Below, piece by piece: positions 19,537 through 28,880 of a stretch of 35,249 nt of DNA. Below the pieces are notes generated by a model. It did no database searches and had not been told where the DNA came from. It worked only from the letters and a program-made list of their open reading frames with translations. The stretch is taken from the sequence record SRR22947727_405; one strand, written 5' to 3'. Every line of letters starts with the position of its first letter. Within the stretch, counting starts at the first letter, position 1. The translations under genes were made by a program, and so were the position numbers.

Positions 19537-22500
19537 TCACTCCAAAGTGATGGTCTCATCCAAATTCAAAACCAGATGAGCGACCGACGCCCACGCAGCA
19601 TGTTCGGTGACATCCAATGTTTCGTTTTTCTTCGATTCACCTGCAGAGAGAAATTTTGTCGCCCCTTCCTGATTCTTAGAAAAGTGCTCCCGAAAGAAAC
19701 TCAGATTGTCGCTCAAAATTTTCACCTGCTCAGGACGAACCTCTCTCGACGTTACCAGCTTGTAGGTGTGTCCGATTTTTTCAGCATCGGTTTTCAAATC
19801 AGCATTCGTCAAAACCCGCTCAGCCACATGCCGAGCTGATTCGACAAAGGTTACATCGTTCATCAAAGCCAATGCCTGCAACGGGGTATTGGTCCGACGT
19901 GTATTCACTAGGCAGACTTCTCGACCTCCCGCATCAAAAATGATTTGGCGCGGAGGATTCACCGCGCGCTTCCAGTAGGTGTACATGCTCTTCCGATACA
20001 AATCTGCCCCCTTAGAAGGCTGATAACGAGTTCCCGCACCCGCACTGACCGCATTCCACAAACCTTCCGGCTGATACGGTTTTGCAGGGGCACCGCCGAC
20101 TGTTTCGTTCAGCAATCCCGATGCTCGAAGCGCAACATCACGAATCGCAAATCCATCAAGGCGATACCGCGAACCCCGAGAAAGAAGTCGGTTTTCAGGA
20201 TCACGATCGAATAGGGTTGGTTCGATGAACGAACCCTGTTGGAACGTGGCGCTTGTCAAAATCAGACGAAACATTTCTTTCACATCCCAGCCGCTGTCGA
20301 TGAACTCCACGGCCAGCCAATCGAGCAATTCCTGATACTCGGGAATTTCTCCCTGAACTCCGAAATCACCAACCGATTTCACTAACCCAACACCGAAAAT
20401 ATCCTGCCACATCCGGTTCACCGTCACTCGCGCAGTCAGCGGGTTATCGCGACTCACTATCCAATTCGCCAATTCCAATCGGTCCTTCGGCATCGCTTTG
20501 GGATCTCCCGAATAAATCGCCAGCGGCAACGAGCGCGGCAAATTTTCAGACTTATCCGGTTCGGTATAAACACCCCGATTCAGCAAATAGGTTTCCACCG
20601 GCTTGCCTTCACGTTCCTTCATCACCATCACCGGAACTTCCGTAAACCCGCGAGTCACTTTTTCTTTCTCAACCGCTGCCAGCGCGGCATTTGCTTTGGC
20701 CAGATCCGGATCAATCGACGCGTGATAATCGGTGATGGTTTTCTTCTGCTTGGCATTGCGTTTTTCAGCGGGAGCTCGCAAAGCCGCCGCAACCTGCCGC
20801 CCCACTCCGGTTTCGGCTGGAGTATGAAGTTCAGGGTTTTTCTCTTCGGTAAGCCCCAACGCTAACCGACCAATGTTGTGGCTCCCAAATCCAGATTCAT
20901 GACGAAAGACAAACTGAATCAAATCTTTTTCCCCAGCTGCAATAGGTTCAGCCAAAGTAAAGTAGGCACTTACAGTTTCCGCTTTTGTTTCGCCACCAAA
21001 GACCGCCCAACCTGTTTTTGTGTTCCCATCGAGTAGGTTTTTCACTGGATAATTTTCCTGAGAGTAGGTCGCTGTTACCGATTTAATTTTCACCGGTTTG
21101 CCACCGTGCTTCACAATCAATTCGCTTAACACAAAATTGCCATTCGTGCTTCGGGCCAGCTGTCGCGGTTTTGTGAGCGAATCGTGCGGCAAAGCCTCAA
21201 TTGAAAAACCCGTGATCACCTGCCCTTTTTTGGGCTCGACGTCCACCGTGTAAGTGGCCTTCGCTAACTTCTTACCTGTCAGCAAATAGGAGCCGTCCAG
21301 TTGCTTTACCAATTTTGCGCCGCCGCTTGACGTTGCTTTGGTAATTTTTGCGTCAAACCAGGCTTTTGCTTCTCCGGATTCATCTTCAAAACTTGCCACC
21401 GTTTCAGCCGCCCAGGCCGTCATCCGATCGGGCGCTGATTTTTTTGCCGCGCTGACGGCTGCTATTGCGGTCTCTATTTTTGCGCTCAATTCCGGCGGCA
21501 TTTCCATCAGAGGTGATCCCATTTTCTGGACGGGATTTGCCGAAATGCCTTTCCCGATTCCTTTTTCGCCGATGTTATTGAAATAGGCGAACATCTGATA
21601 AAATTCGCGCTGGCTCAGCGGGTCGTATTTGTGATCGTGACAGCGAGCGCAACCCAAGGTCAACCCAAGCCAAACGGTGCTGGTGGTCTCAACGCGATCA
21701 ATAACGTTCTCGACAAGAAATTCAGGGGCAAGCGCTCCACCTTCAGAATTCTGACGATGATTCCGATTAAAAGCTGATGCGAGAATTTGGTCACCCGTCG
21801 GATTTTCCAGCATGTCACCCGCGAGCTGTTCAATCGTAAATTCATTGAACGGCTTGTTTTCGTGAAACGCCTTGATGACCCAGTCACGCCACGGCCAATT
21901 GCTTCGCTCTGCATCGTTTTGAAAGCCATCTGTGTCCGCATAGCGCGACGCGTCCAGCCACCGCAACCCCTGCCTTTCGGCATAAGCCATCGTTCCAAGC
22001 AAACGATCGACTTCCGAATCAAAACCCTTAAAATTCGCAATTTCTTCAGGAGTCGGTTGCAGCCCGGTCAAGGCAAGCGACGCCCGCCGACGAAGCGTTT
22101 CATCCGTGGCCGGCTTGGAGGGCTCGAGCCCTTTCTCATATAATTTTTCGGCCACAAAATGATCGATCGGATTCTTCGCCCACGATTTTTGCCACGCATG
22201 CATCAACTCCGGCAATTCTAATTTCCGCGGGATTTCAAACGCCCAGTGCTTGGCATACGGAGCGCCCTGCTTGATCCATTCATCAAGAATTTTCTTTTGT
22301 TTGTCGCTCAACGATCGATTCGAATCCCGTGGCGGCATTTCATCATCGGGATCATCGGAGTTGATTCGCCAATGCATTTCAGACGCTTTTAGATCACCAG
22401 GCACCACCGCTTTGACGCCCTCATAGTCGGCGAAAAGGCGCTCTTCACTATCGAACCGCAGGTTAGATTTTTGATTTTTGGAATCCGGCCCGTGACAATG

Positions 22501-22620
22501 AAAACACTTGTCGGACAAAATCGGCCGCACATCACGATTGAAATCGATCTTATCGTCGGAAAAACCAACGACCGGGAAAAGGCTGAATACTAGAAAAAGA
22601 CTGAGGTTACGAGGACTCAT
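19537..22620 (-). CDS. PSD1 / planctomycete cytochrome c domain protein (PSCyt1 + DUF1549 + DUF1553)
   Basis: DFNRDVRPILSDKCFHCHGPD, WLDASRYADT.G, CARCHDHKYDP, NPLTARVTVNR.WQ and TNTPLQAL.LMND, with a central discoidin-like insert (NFVLSE...LLDGN..TGW). Confidence 0.93.
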   Translation of the reverse strand: MSPRNLSLFLVFSLFPVVGFSDDKIDFNRDVRPILSDKCFHCHGPDSKNQKSNLRFDSEERLFADYEGVKAVVPGDLKASEMHWRINSDDPDDEMPPRDSNRSLSDKQKKILDEWIKQGAPYAKHWAFEIPRKLELPELMHAWQKSWAKNPIDHFVAEKLYEKGLEPSKPATDETLRRRASLALTGLQPTPEEIANFKGFDSEVDRLLGTMAYAERQGLRWLDASRYADTDGFQNDAERSNWPWRDWVIKAFHENKPFNEFTIEQLAGDMLENPTGDQILASAFNRNHRQNSEGGALAPEFLVENVIDRVETTSTVWLGLTLGCARCHDHKYDPLSQREFYQMFAYFNNIGEKGIGKGISANPVQKMGSPLMEMPPELSAKIETAIAAVSAAKKSAPDRMTAWAAETVASFEDESGEAKAWFDAKITKATSSGGAKLVKQLDGSYLLTGKKLAKATYTVDVEPKKGQVITGFSIEALPHDSLTKPRQLARSTNGNFVLSELIVKHGGKPVKIKSVTATYSQENYPVKNLLDGNTKTGWAVFGGETKAETVSAYFTLAEPIAAGEKDLIQFVFRHESGFGSHNIGRLALGLTEEKNPELHTPAETGVGRQVAAALRAPAEKRNAKQKKTITDYHASIDPDLAKANAALAAVEKEKVTRGFTEVPVMVMKEREGKPVETYLLNRGVYTEPDKSENLPRSLPLAIYSGDPKAMPKDRLELANWIVSRDNPLTARVTVNRMWQDIFGVGLVKSVGDFGVQGEIPEYQELLDWLAVEFIDSGWDVKEMFRLILTSATFQQGSFIEPTLFDRDPENRLLSRGSRYRLDGFAIRDVALRASGLLNETVGGAPAKPYQPEGLWNAVSAGAGTRYQPSKGADLYRKSMYTYWKRAVNPPRQIIFDAGGREVCLVNTRRTNTPLQALALMNDVTFVESARHVAERVLTNADLKTDAEKIGHTYKLVTSREVRPEQVKILSDNLSFFREHFSKNQEGATKFLSAGESKKNETLDVTEHAAWASVAHLVLNLDETITLE
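20202..20248. repeat. 47-bp palindrome copy 5, inside the coding sequence
   Basis: cacgatcgaatagggttggttcgatgaacgaaccctgttggaacgtg encodes TFQQGSFIEPTLFDR on the minus strand without breaking the frame. Confidence 0.85.
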
Positions 22621-22772
22621 AAGAATTCTTGACCTCCAAGGTAGAGTCCAACGGAGATTTCGTCCATTCCCGCAAAAATGAAAATTTTAAGGGTAAGATA
22701 AGTGCGAGCTCGCCATTTCAGATTTTTGATTTGAAAGTCGTTTATTTGCGGGAAACTTAAGCTTCCTTAGCT

Positions 22773-23302
22773 ATGTCAGAAAAACCCATCATCGACGGTC
22801 GCGCCCCTCTCATCGTCAGGCGGGAAAAGTCCGGTGGTGTAGCTTTTTATGGATTGCGACAGCAGCGGCATTTCTGGCCGGCCTAGGAACGATGGGTTAC
22901 GGATTTTTCAACCGCGAGATCTTCATGGTCAAGATCGGTTTGATAACATTGGCTTCGACCCTGATCCTTTTCGGAATCTCGCTTTTAAGCTCGGCTGGAT
23001 TAAATTGCGCCATCTGCGCAAACCCCGTTTTTTCATCATGCCCCTGCAAAAAACACGCGCGAGCCACCCGTTTTCTCGGTATCAGCTATCGACTGGGCAT
23101 CGCAATTCCAGCGCTGTTCACCAGTCGATTTCGCTGCATGTATTGCGGCGAAAAAATGACGTTATCAGCCGCGAAACAAGCACAGGAAGGGGTTTCAGTA
23201 ATCAAACCACGTTCTGACCGCCCTATTTGTAGCCCCGGCACTCTGCCTTCCGTTCGTTCGACAGAGCAATTGCGGGGCCTGTCGGTCACGACTAAAAAGT
23301 GA
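22773..23302 (+). pseudogene. Membrane protein with a Cys-rich zinc-ribbon-like region, apparently frameshifted near the start
   Basis: The frame of ORF 22892-23302 extends upstream (HHRRSRPSHRQAGKVRWCSFLWIATAAAFLAGLGT) with no start codon before a TGA at 22727. ATG 22773 (MSEK) joins it with one extra base in GAAAAACCC. Contains CAIC and CMYC. Confidence 0.55.
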
Positions 23303-23304
23303 AG

Positions 23305-23760
23305 TCATTTCCATTGCCCCTTCTTACCTCCAATCGCGAAATCGGTGTACTTCGGCAAGTTGCCGTCATCATATTTGTAGAGAGAAATCTCTTGGCCTGT
23401 TGGCGAAACCGTGATTTCACAGCGCTCGGTCTCGCCGCTCGTTTCAATTTGAAATTCCAGCGCCCATTCCAACGACACCAGTTGTCCTGAAAATGAAGGC
23501 GGACTGGCCTCTGGGATTTTCATGCGAAATTCGCTTTCACCAGACTCTCCGATCCCTTCCATCCGGTGGGTTGCGACGATCTCGACATCCCGACTTCCTT
23601 TTCCTGACGTGTAAAAAAATAGCCTCACTTCAGCTGATACCTGCCTATTCGGATCCACTGAAGAATCACCTCCGCTCCATTCCACGCGACCCGAGATCTC
23701 CTCTCCGGGAACAAACACCCGATTGTCGAGTTCGGTGAAAATTTTCCGTTCGATAGCCAT
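23305..23760 (-). CDS. Hypothetical protein, arrestin-N/SpoOM-like beta-sandwich (inferred)
   Basis: 'F.PGEEISG.V.W...EVRLF.YTSGKG..D...F...P...PSFSG.LVSLEW' pattern. Lies directly downstream of the DUF3592 gene. Confidence 0.75.
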   Translation of the reverse strand: MAIERKIFTELDNRVFVPGEEISGRVEWSGGDSSVDPNRQVSAEVRLFFYTSGKGSRDVEIVATHRMEGIGESGESEFRMKIPEASPPSFSGQLVSLEWALEFQIETSGETERCEITVSPTGQEISLYKYDDGNLPKYTDFAIGGKKGQWK

Positions 23761-23778
23761 TTTTCTAAAAGGGAGAGT

Positions 23779-25473
23779 TTACGAAAATCCCACCGGTAAC
23801 ACTTCGATTTTGTAAGAGTCTTGAACGTCCGGAAAAAATGGAATATCCCCATTCACCTTGATTTGCCAGATGATGTCATTACTGCCCAAATTCATCGACG
23901 GAACCAAATCCTCCGGCAATTGAAATTGGGCACGACCACTGGCGATATCCCCACCATCAACAGAGTCCGCGAGCGTCCGTTGAAAGAACACTTTTTTATC
24001 CGTCACCGTCTTAGTGCCCCGTCGATACGTCGCTGATTCAATCCCCCACACTTCAATCTTGAACCGTGAAATCCGCCGCGCGTTTCCAATAATTTTCCAC
24101 GACAGCCAGGTCTCTTCGCCCAGTCTCGGCTGCCCCTGATCCAAGGTGATCTCGGGTCTGGCATTCGCGAGCGAAAGCAATTTATACAGGAAAAACAGAA
24201 TGAAAATCAAGCCGACGATCACAAATGGAATCATGAAAATCGTCAGAAACCACTCAGGCCGATCCCGCTTAAAACCATCGAAAACCTGAACCAGAAACAC
24301 GCTGACAATGCCGTTCCAAAAAAGAGCCATAAATAACACTACCAAGACACCGGCGATGCGTCCGCCGCCGGGCTTCAATGTTTTCGGCCCTCGCATCTCA
24401 TTGATGGAATCGGGTTCCGAAATCCCGCGAACGGCCTTCTTTTTTCCAGAGCGGCGCCATCCAATCAGCATTGCAATTCCGGCCCCGAAAAATACCAGCG
24501 GAATCAGCCCGAGTAAAACCCAAGGCGTGAAACCGCGCACCAACGTCGCCTGCTCAGAAATTTTTGGATTCACAAAACAAACCTTCTTCGAACCTTTCCG
24601 GTATTGCCTCACCACATCTTGCTTCCCCTTTCGACCGCTCGACGAGCCCGTCATGAAACCGTAGCGGTTGCTGCGATGTTCCGCGCCATCGAAATCGTAT
24701 TTGTAAAAAATGTCGATGCTGTAAGTCGTTGAATCATCCCCGCGATGAGAAATTACCCGACTCCAAATCACCTCGCACGGCGTCTCAACCCATTGCTTCG
24801 ATTCCATCATCCGCGTTAACGGAACTAGCCCCAAAAACACCGAAAGGCCGCCGCCAACCAGGGTGAAAATGACACCCATGATTAGCAAGACAACACGGCC
24901 GCCCCGATCTTTCGCTGCATTCGAAATGGAACCCAACCGCTCATTCTTTTTCGCAGCTTTTGTTTTTCGAAGGGAGGCAAATCCCCCAATTGCCAGAGCA
25001 AGGCCAACCACAACAAACACCAACGGGAATAAGGCAATCAACCCTTTCGAAAGCGCTTCCCGCTTTACGACTGCCTCTGCGGGATTTTTCGGATTCACAA
25101 AACAAACCGTCCCGTCAGCCGCGTTTAGCAATGCTTTCCGTTTCAGTGCAAGCGGCTCAAAGTCGCCTGACCAATGCTCCTTCAACGTATACTGCGTCGA
25201 TGTATAATTCTTTCCATCGACGATATATCCATATTCGATATTCAATCGAAACGGCGATTTCTCCTTTTTTTGATTCGCCTCGATATTGACCGATCGGATT
25301 TCACACAGCGTCTCCGTCCATTGATAAGTCGCGGCTTCATCCGCAAATTCAGACAGCACAAAATACATAAAAACGCCGCCCATTCCGGCAAAGATAAGGC
25401 CGAACGGAATCAGGCAAGCCCCGCCGTTTACCGCTTTACCCCGCGAAGATGAAATGGAATTTTTTGAACCCAC
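23779..25473 (-). CDS. Membrane protein with two DUF3592-like repeats
   Basis: Two TM + 'W.ET.C.I/V..S...Y.Y..DG..Y/H.S...CFVNPK.P/S..A' + TM units, followed by two more TMs and a soluble C-terminal domain. Confidence 0.85.
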   Translation of the reverse strand: MGSKNSISSSRGKAVNGGACLIPFGLIFAGMGGVFMYFVLSEFADEAATYQWTETLCEIRSVNIEANQKKEKSPFRLNIEYGYIVDGKNYTSTQYTLKEHWSGDFEPLALKRKALLNAADGTVCFVNPKNPAEAVVKREALSKGLIALFPLVFVVVGLALAIGGFASLRKTKAAKKNERLGSISNAAKDRGGRVVLLIMGVIFTLVGGGLSVFLGLVPLTRMMESKQWVETPCEVIWSRVISHRGDDSTTYSIDIFYKYDFDGAEHRSNRYGFMTGSSSGRKGKQDVVRQYRKGSKKVCFVNPKISEQATLVRGFTPWVLLGLIPLVFFGAGIAMLIGWRRSGKKKAVRGISEPDSINEMRGPKTLKPGGGRIAGVLVVLFMALFWNGIVSVFLVQVFDGFKRDRPEWFLTIFMIPFVIVGLIFILFFLYKLLSLANARPEITLDQGQPRLGEETWLSWKIIGNARRISRFKIEVWGIESATYRRGTKTVTDKKVFFQRTLADSVDGGDIASGRAQFQLPEDLVPSMNLGSNDIIWQIKVNGDIPFFPDVQDSYKIEVLPVGFS

Positions 25474-25539
25474 GATCTGATGATTGTGGGGCGAATCCGA
25501 ATCGTTTCAATTCCAATCTTGAGTGAAAAAACAAAACGC

Positions 25540-25586
25540 AACGATCCGATAGGGTCTGTTCGATGAACGCATACTATTGGATCGTG
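25540..25586. repeat. 47-bp palindrome copy 6
   Basis: aacgatccgatagggtctgttcgatgaacgcatactattggatcgtg; arms pair around the central GAT. Confidence 0.8.
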
Positions 25587-25598
25587 GAATTCAATCTC

Positions 25599-26060
25599 TC
25601 AATTTTCCCCAAGAAAATCAGTGAACGAAAGCGAGAGAGTGAACGTCGCCCAGCTGATGACTGGGTCTTTTTCAACGTCAATCACTGAATCGGGAAATGA
25701 ATACGGTTTTGTTCGGACTTCCTTCATGCACTTGTCTCTTACATCGGCTCGATCGACAAAAAGCGCGACCAACTTTCGCTGATCGCGCGGCTTCAGCGAT
25801 TATAGTGCCGCGAAGACACGCTCGAAACCGGTTTCGAGCCCAGTGTGTTCGACGAATTCTTTATCCCCGAGCAACTCCTTGAAATCGACCGCTTTGATCA
25901 AGTTCAGCTAGCCGAAGCTCAGTGTGCCGGAAATCGAAGTCGCTCTCCGAAGCCGGTCGGGCGCTTTTCGCCCCCTCCCGCGCCCGCCGCAAAGCCACCA
26001 ACGACAGCGATCAGGTCTGCAAATACCTCGCGAAATTCGATTTGGATTGGGATTTCCTAC
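25599..26060 (-). pseudogene. Decayed gene remnant with two in-frame stops and a probable frameshift
   Basis: One minus frame reads ISGTLSFG*LNLIKAVDFKELLGDKEFVEHTGLETGFERVFAAL*SLKPRDQRKLVALFVDRADVRDKCMKEVRTKPYSFPDSVIDVEKDPVISWATFTLSLSFTDFLGEN* (TAG 25910..25908, TAA 25802..25800). An upstream piece, EIPIQIEFREVFADLIAVVGG, is in another frame. The 5' boundary is approximate. Confidence 0.5.
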
Positions 26061-26120
26061 GATAAAGTATCCCAAGATCGACCTTGTCGAATTCGACCCT
26101 ATTTCATATTTTCATTTTCC

Positions 26121-26660
26121 ATGAAGGCCCTCTCCTCCCTCATACTTGTTTCTGTTTTTACCTTGATCCAGACCAGCTTCGCCCAAGAAGAAGAGTGGAA
26201 AGAGATCACCAGTATGGACAGGAAAATTACGGCGGTGGCTCCGGGCGAAGCTGAGAACCTCGTCATGACAAAGCGGACGTTGGCGGGGAAAATGACGACT
26301 AACATCAAACGATTTGCGACGGACTCTATCATTATTGATCTGAGCTACACCGCCGTCTCGCCCAAAGTGATTAAATTTGCCGGCAAAGAAGGAATTTACA
26401 AAAACTCAAAAGGAAAAGTGCTTCAGGAATCCATGGGCAAAGAAAAGTCGTTCGCAGACTACGAGGTGAACGGAGTCACCTGCAAACTACTGCGATATCA
26501 CATGATTCATCCAGATGATAAAAATCACGAAGACTACGAAGGATTGGCCCTGATGCTGGCGATGGACGACGGACTTTATGTGGCCAACGGTGTCGTTTTA
26601 AAAGAGGACGGAATGGAAGCCGTCGTAAAATTCCGCGATTCGATTGTTATTCGGCCATAG
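26121..26660 (+). CDS. Hypothetical exported protein
   Basis: Clear signal peptide MKALSSLILVSVFTLIQTSFA|Q from ATG 26121. The upstream extension in the ORF track does not look protein-like. Confidence 0.8.
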   Translation: MKALSSLILVSVFTLIQTSFAQEEEWKEITSMDRKITAVAPGEAENLVMTKRTLAGKMTTNIKRFATDSIIIDLSYTAVSPKVIKFAGKEGIYKNSKGKVLQESMGKEKSFADYEVNGVTCKLLRYHMIHPDDKNHEDYEGLALMLAMDDGLYVANGVVLKEDGMEAVVKFRDSIVIRP

Positions 26661-26724
26661 AAAAATTCCAAAATCTTGGTCACTTTGTAATCGCTCCAAT
26701 ACGCTCCCGCTGCCACTTTAAAGA

Positions 26725-28095
26725 ATGGAGTTTGTTTGTCTAATTTTCGGAGCCGCCATTGTAGTCGGAGCATTTGTTTTCTGGAATGTGAAACGCGTCG
26801 ATAATTCGTGGTCCGACGCGGCCGCGAGAATGCGAATACGCTACGAAAAAGAGGGGTTTGGTGACCGCTCGATTTTTGGTGAACACGCCGGCTTTCAAGT
26901 CCGCGTTTCGACGTATCGAACCGTCGTCGACAACTCTACCAAGACGTTTACTGGCTATCATATCGCATTGCGAGAGTCGTTGGGGCTTGACCTGAACATG
27001 GAACGCCAAAAGGCGGGAGCACGTTCATCAGCTGCCAGAAGACGTCAGGACGTCATCGTTGGTGACCCCGTTTTTGATCCCAAAGCGATCATCACGGGTT
27101 CGGACGAGAATGTGATTCGCGACTTTCTGAATGCAGATCGTCGAAAAATCCTGCTGCGACTTTTTAGACAATTCGACGAATTCGAACTCGATGCGAAAGG
27201 CATTCACGTCGCCAAAAGCGGAACGCAAACGAACGCATCGTTCATTGAAAGCAATGTCAATTTGTTGATTCAAACGGTCAACCAGCTGGGGAGGCATCAA
27301 CCGGTAGTAGTCGAGGAACCAAACGAAGTCGTTCCACCACCATTGCCGGAACGTCCCCGCGAGCCGGTCGACATGGACGCCGAAATCGAACTTCAGCCAA
27401 CCGCGATTGCCGAAGCTGAAATCGAAGCCGCTCACATTGCGGAAATCGCTGCATTAGAGTCAGCGCAAATTGAAGAAGTAAAAATCGCCGAAATTGAAGC
27501 AACCCGGAAAGCAGAAGCAGCGGAAGCCAAAATCGCCGAAGAATGCGCGATTTTGGCGAGACGGGTTGAAGAAGCGAAATTTGCCGCAAGCCAGATTTCA
27601 GAACCTGTTAAGATTGCGGACTCCATTCGGATCGATAATTCTGAAGCCCGTGAAAAAACCGCACCAGTATCGGTTTCCGCGTCAGCAGAAGAACCCCACG
27701 TCGAGGTGACGCCGGATCCAGTCAGCGACTCGGATGCCGATGAGTTCGCGATGCTCTGCAGTGAAGTGTTCGACTCTGGATACAGCCGGTTCGAAATCGG
27801 AAAGCAGTTTGATACTCACTTGAAAGGACAAACGAAATCCGGATCGGGAACGCTGAAGAAAGTGGACAAATTTCATTCCGACATCGTTTTTGGACGCAGT
27901 CCTGGAATCATCGCGCAAATCGATGTGATCCCTCTCGAAGGAGGCAAAACGGTGGCCGCCCATGTCGAATTTTCCGTCGATGACACCGATATCACGGCTC
28001 TCAAATCCAAGATTGGCGAGCGCATTGGCTTCGCCGGAGAACTCTTGAAATGCGATGTGTTCAATTTCCGGATTTATGTTGGAAAAGCAGACTGA
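26725..28095 (+). CDS. Membrane-anchored hypothetical protein with a Pro linker, Ala/Glu-rich helical stalk and C-terminal globular domain
   Basis: N-terminal TM, a globular domain, VVPPPLP, repeated IAEIEA-like units and a C-terminal beta-rich domain (possibly an OB fold). Confidence 0.8.
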   Translation: MEFVCLIFGAAIVVGAFVFWNVKRVDNSWSDAAARMRIRYEKEGFGDRSIFGEHAGFQVRVSTYRTVVDNSTKTFTGYHIALRESLGLDLNMERQKAGARSSAARRRQDVIVGDPVFDPKAIITGSDENVIRDFLNADRRKILLRLFRQFDEFELDAKGIHVAKSGTQTNASFIESNVNLLIQTVNQLGRHQPVVVEEPNEVVPPPLPERPREPVDMDAEIELQPTAIAEAEIEAAHIAEIAALESAQIEEVKIAEIEATRKAEAAEAKIAEECAILARRVEEAKFAASQISEPVKIADSIRIDNSEAREKTAPVSVSASAEEPHVEVTPDPVSDSDADEFAMLCSEVFDSGYSRFEIGKQFDTHLKGQTKSGSGTLKKVDKFHSDIVFGRSPGIIAQIDVIPLEGGKTVAAHVEFSVDDTDITALKSKIGERIGFAGELLKCDVFNFRIYVGKAD

Positions 28096-28112
28096 TCCCG
28101 TATTTTTCCGTC

Positions 28113-28880
28113 ATGTCGAAAACGGGAGGCGAATCGCGCGCGCACAAATCGCTCAAAGAAGCGGCGTTGCTGTGGGCTCAGCAACACGGCTATCGCGCAG
28201 CGGGATTTGAAATCCGTGTCCCGAAATCCCGTTACCGCGCCGACGTTGCTGCCGCGCGAATGGAACGACCCCGTTCGCAAGAAGTCGCCATTACCCAGAC
28301 CGCCGTTTTCGAATGCAAACAGGCGCGCCCTGATTTTTTAAACGACTCCAAGCCGGAAGCGGAATCAAAGTCGCGCCTTCTCGATTTGAACCGTCGCCGA
28401 CAAAAACTCGAAGAACTCATAGGCTCGCATTACCCGAATCTTCGGGTGGGAGATTCGCTGTTTCCGGAATTTCAGTCCGCGGATCTCAGCACAATCAATC
28501 ACGAGGGATACAGCAAGGTAATTGCCGAAATTGCCCTTCTAGAGCGCGCCGTTTTTGGCAGAACCAAATTCGACAAACTGATCCGCTACCGTTCTGCAGA
28601 CGCCTGTTATCTCGTGATTCGACGGGGAATTCTCAAGCCCGAAGAAGCCCCTTCCGCGTGGGGAATTCTCGAAGCCGACACCGACGAACTCGACGATTGC
28701 GAATCGGACCCAGATTTAAAACTGATTCGCCAACCCGCGCGGATCGATGTTTCCGAGGCGCTCCGAACCGAGTTGCTCCATCAAATCGCCGTATCAGCCA
28801 CGTGGAAACTCAATCGAGAATCCGGAATTGACAAGCAACTCGCATTCACCAAAAAAGGCGGAACGATTCAACAGGGGTAG
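28113..28880 (+). CDS. Putative PD-(D/E)XK nuclease, MmcB-like
   Basis: H..LK..A, E.R....RADVAA, VFECKQARPDFL.D and CYLV...IL.PEE.P..WGIL. Start set at ATG 28113. Confidence 0.7.
   Translation: MSKTGGESRAHKSLKEAALLWAQQHGYRAAGFEIRVPKSRYRADVAAARMERPRSQEVAITQTAVFECKQARPDFLNDSKPEAESKSRLLDLNRRRQKLEELIGSHYPNLRVGDSLFPEFQSADLSTINHEGYSKVIAEIALLERAVFGRTKFDKLIRYRSADACYLVIRRGILKPEEAPSAWGILEADTDELDDCESDPDLKLIRQPARIDVSEALRTELLHQIAVSATWKLNRESGIDKQLAFTKKGGTIQQG

Noticed and set aside
20219-20231. GTTC-GAT-GAAC core of the 47-bp repeat as a LexA box
   Set aside because: The spacer is 3 bp rather than 4, conservation extends over 47 bp and copies are not tied to repair-gene promoters.
22667-22754. 10-bp inverted repeat ttcccgcaaa / tttgcgggaa in the divergent intergenic region
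   Set aside because: Short and widely spaced, with no second occurrence, so there is insufficient support.
25845-26120. 92-aa N-terminal extension of the 26121-26660 gene
   Set aside because: A clear signal peptide starts at 26121, and the opposite strand carries a more protein-like remnant.
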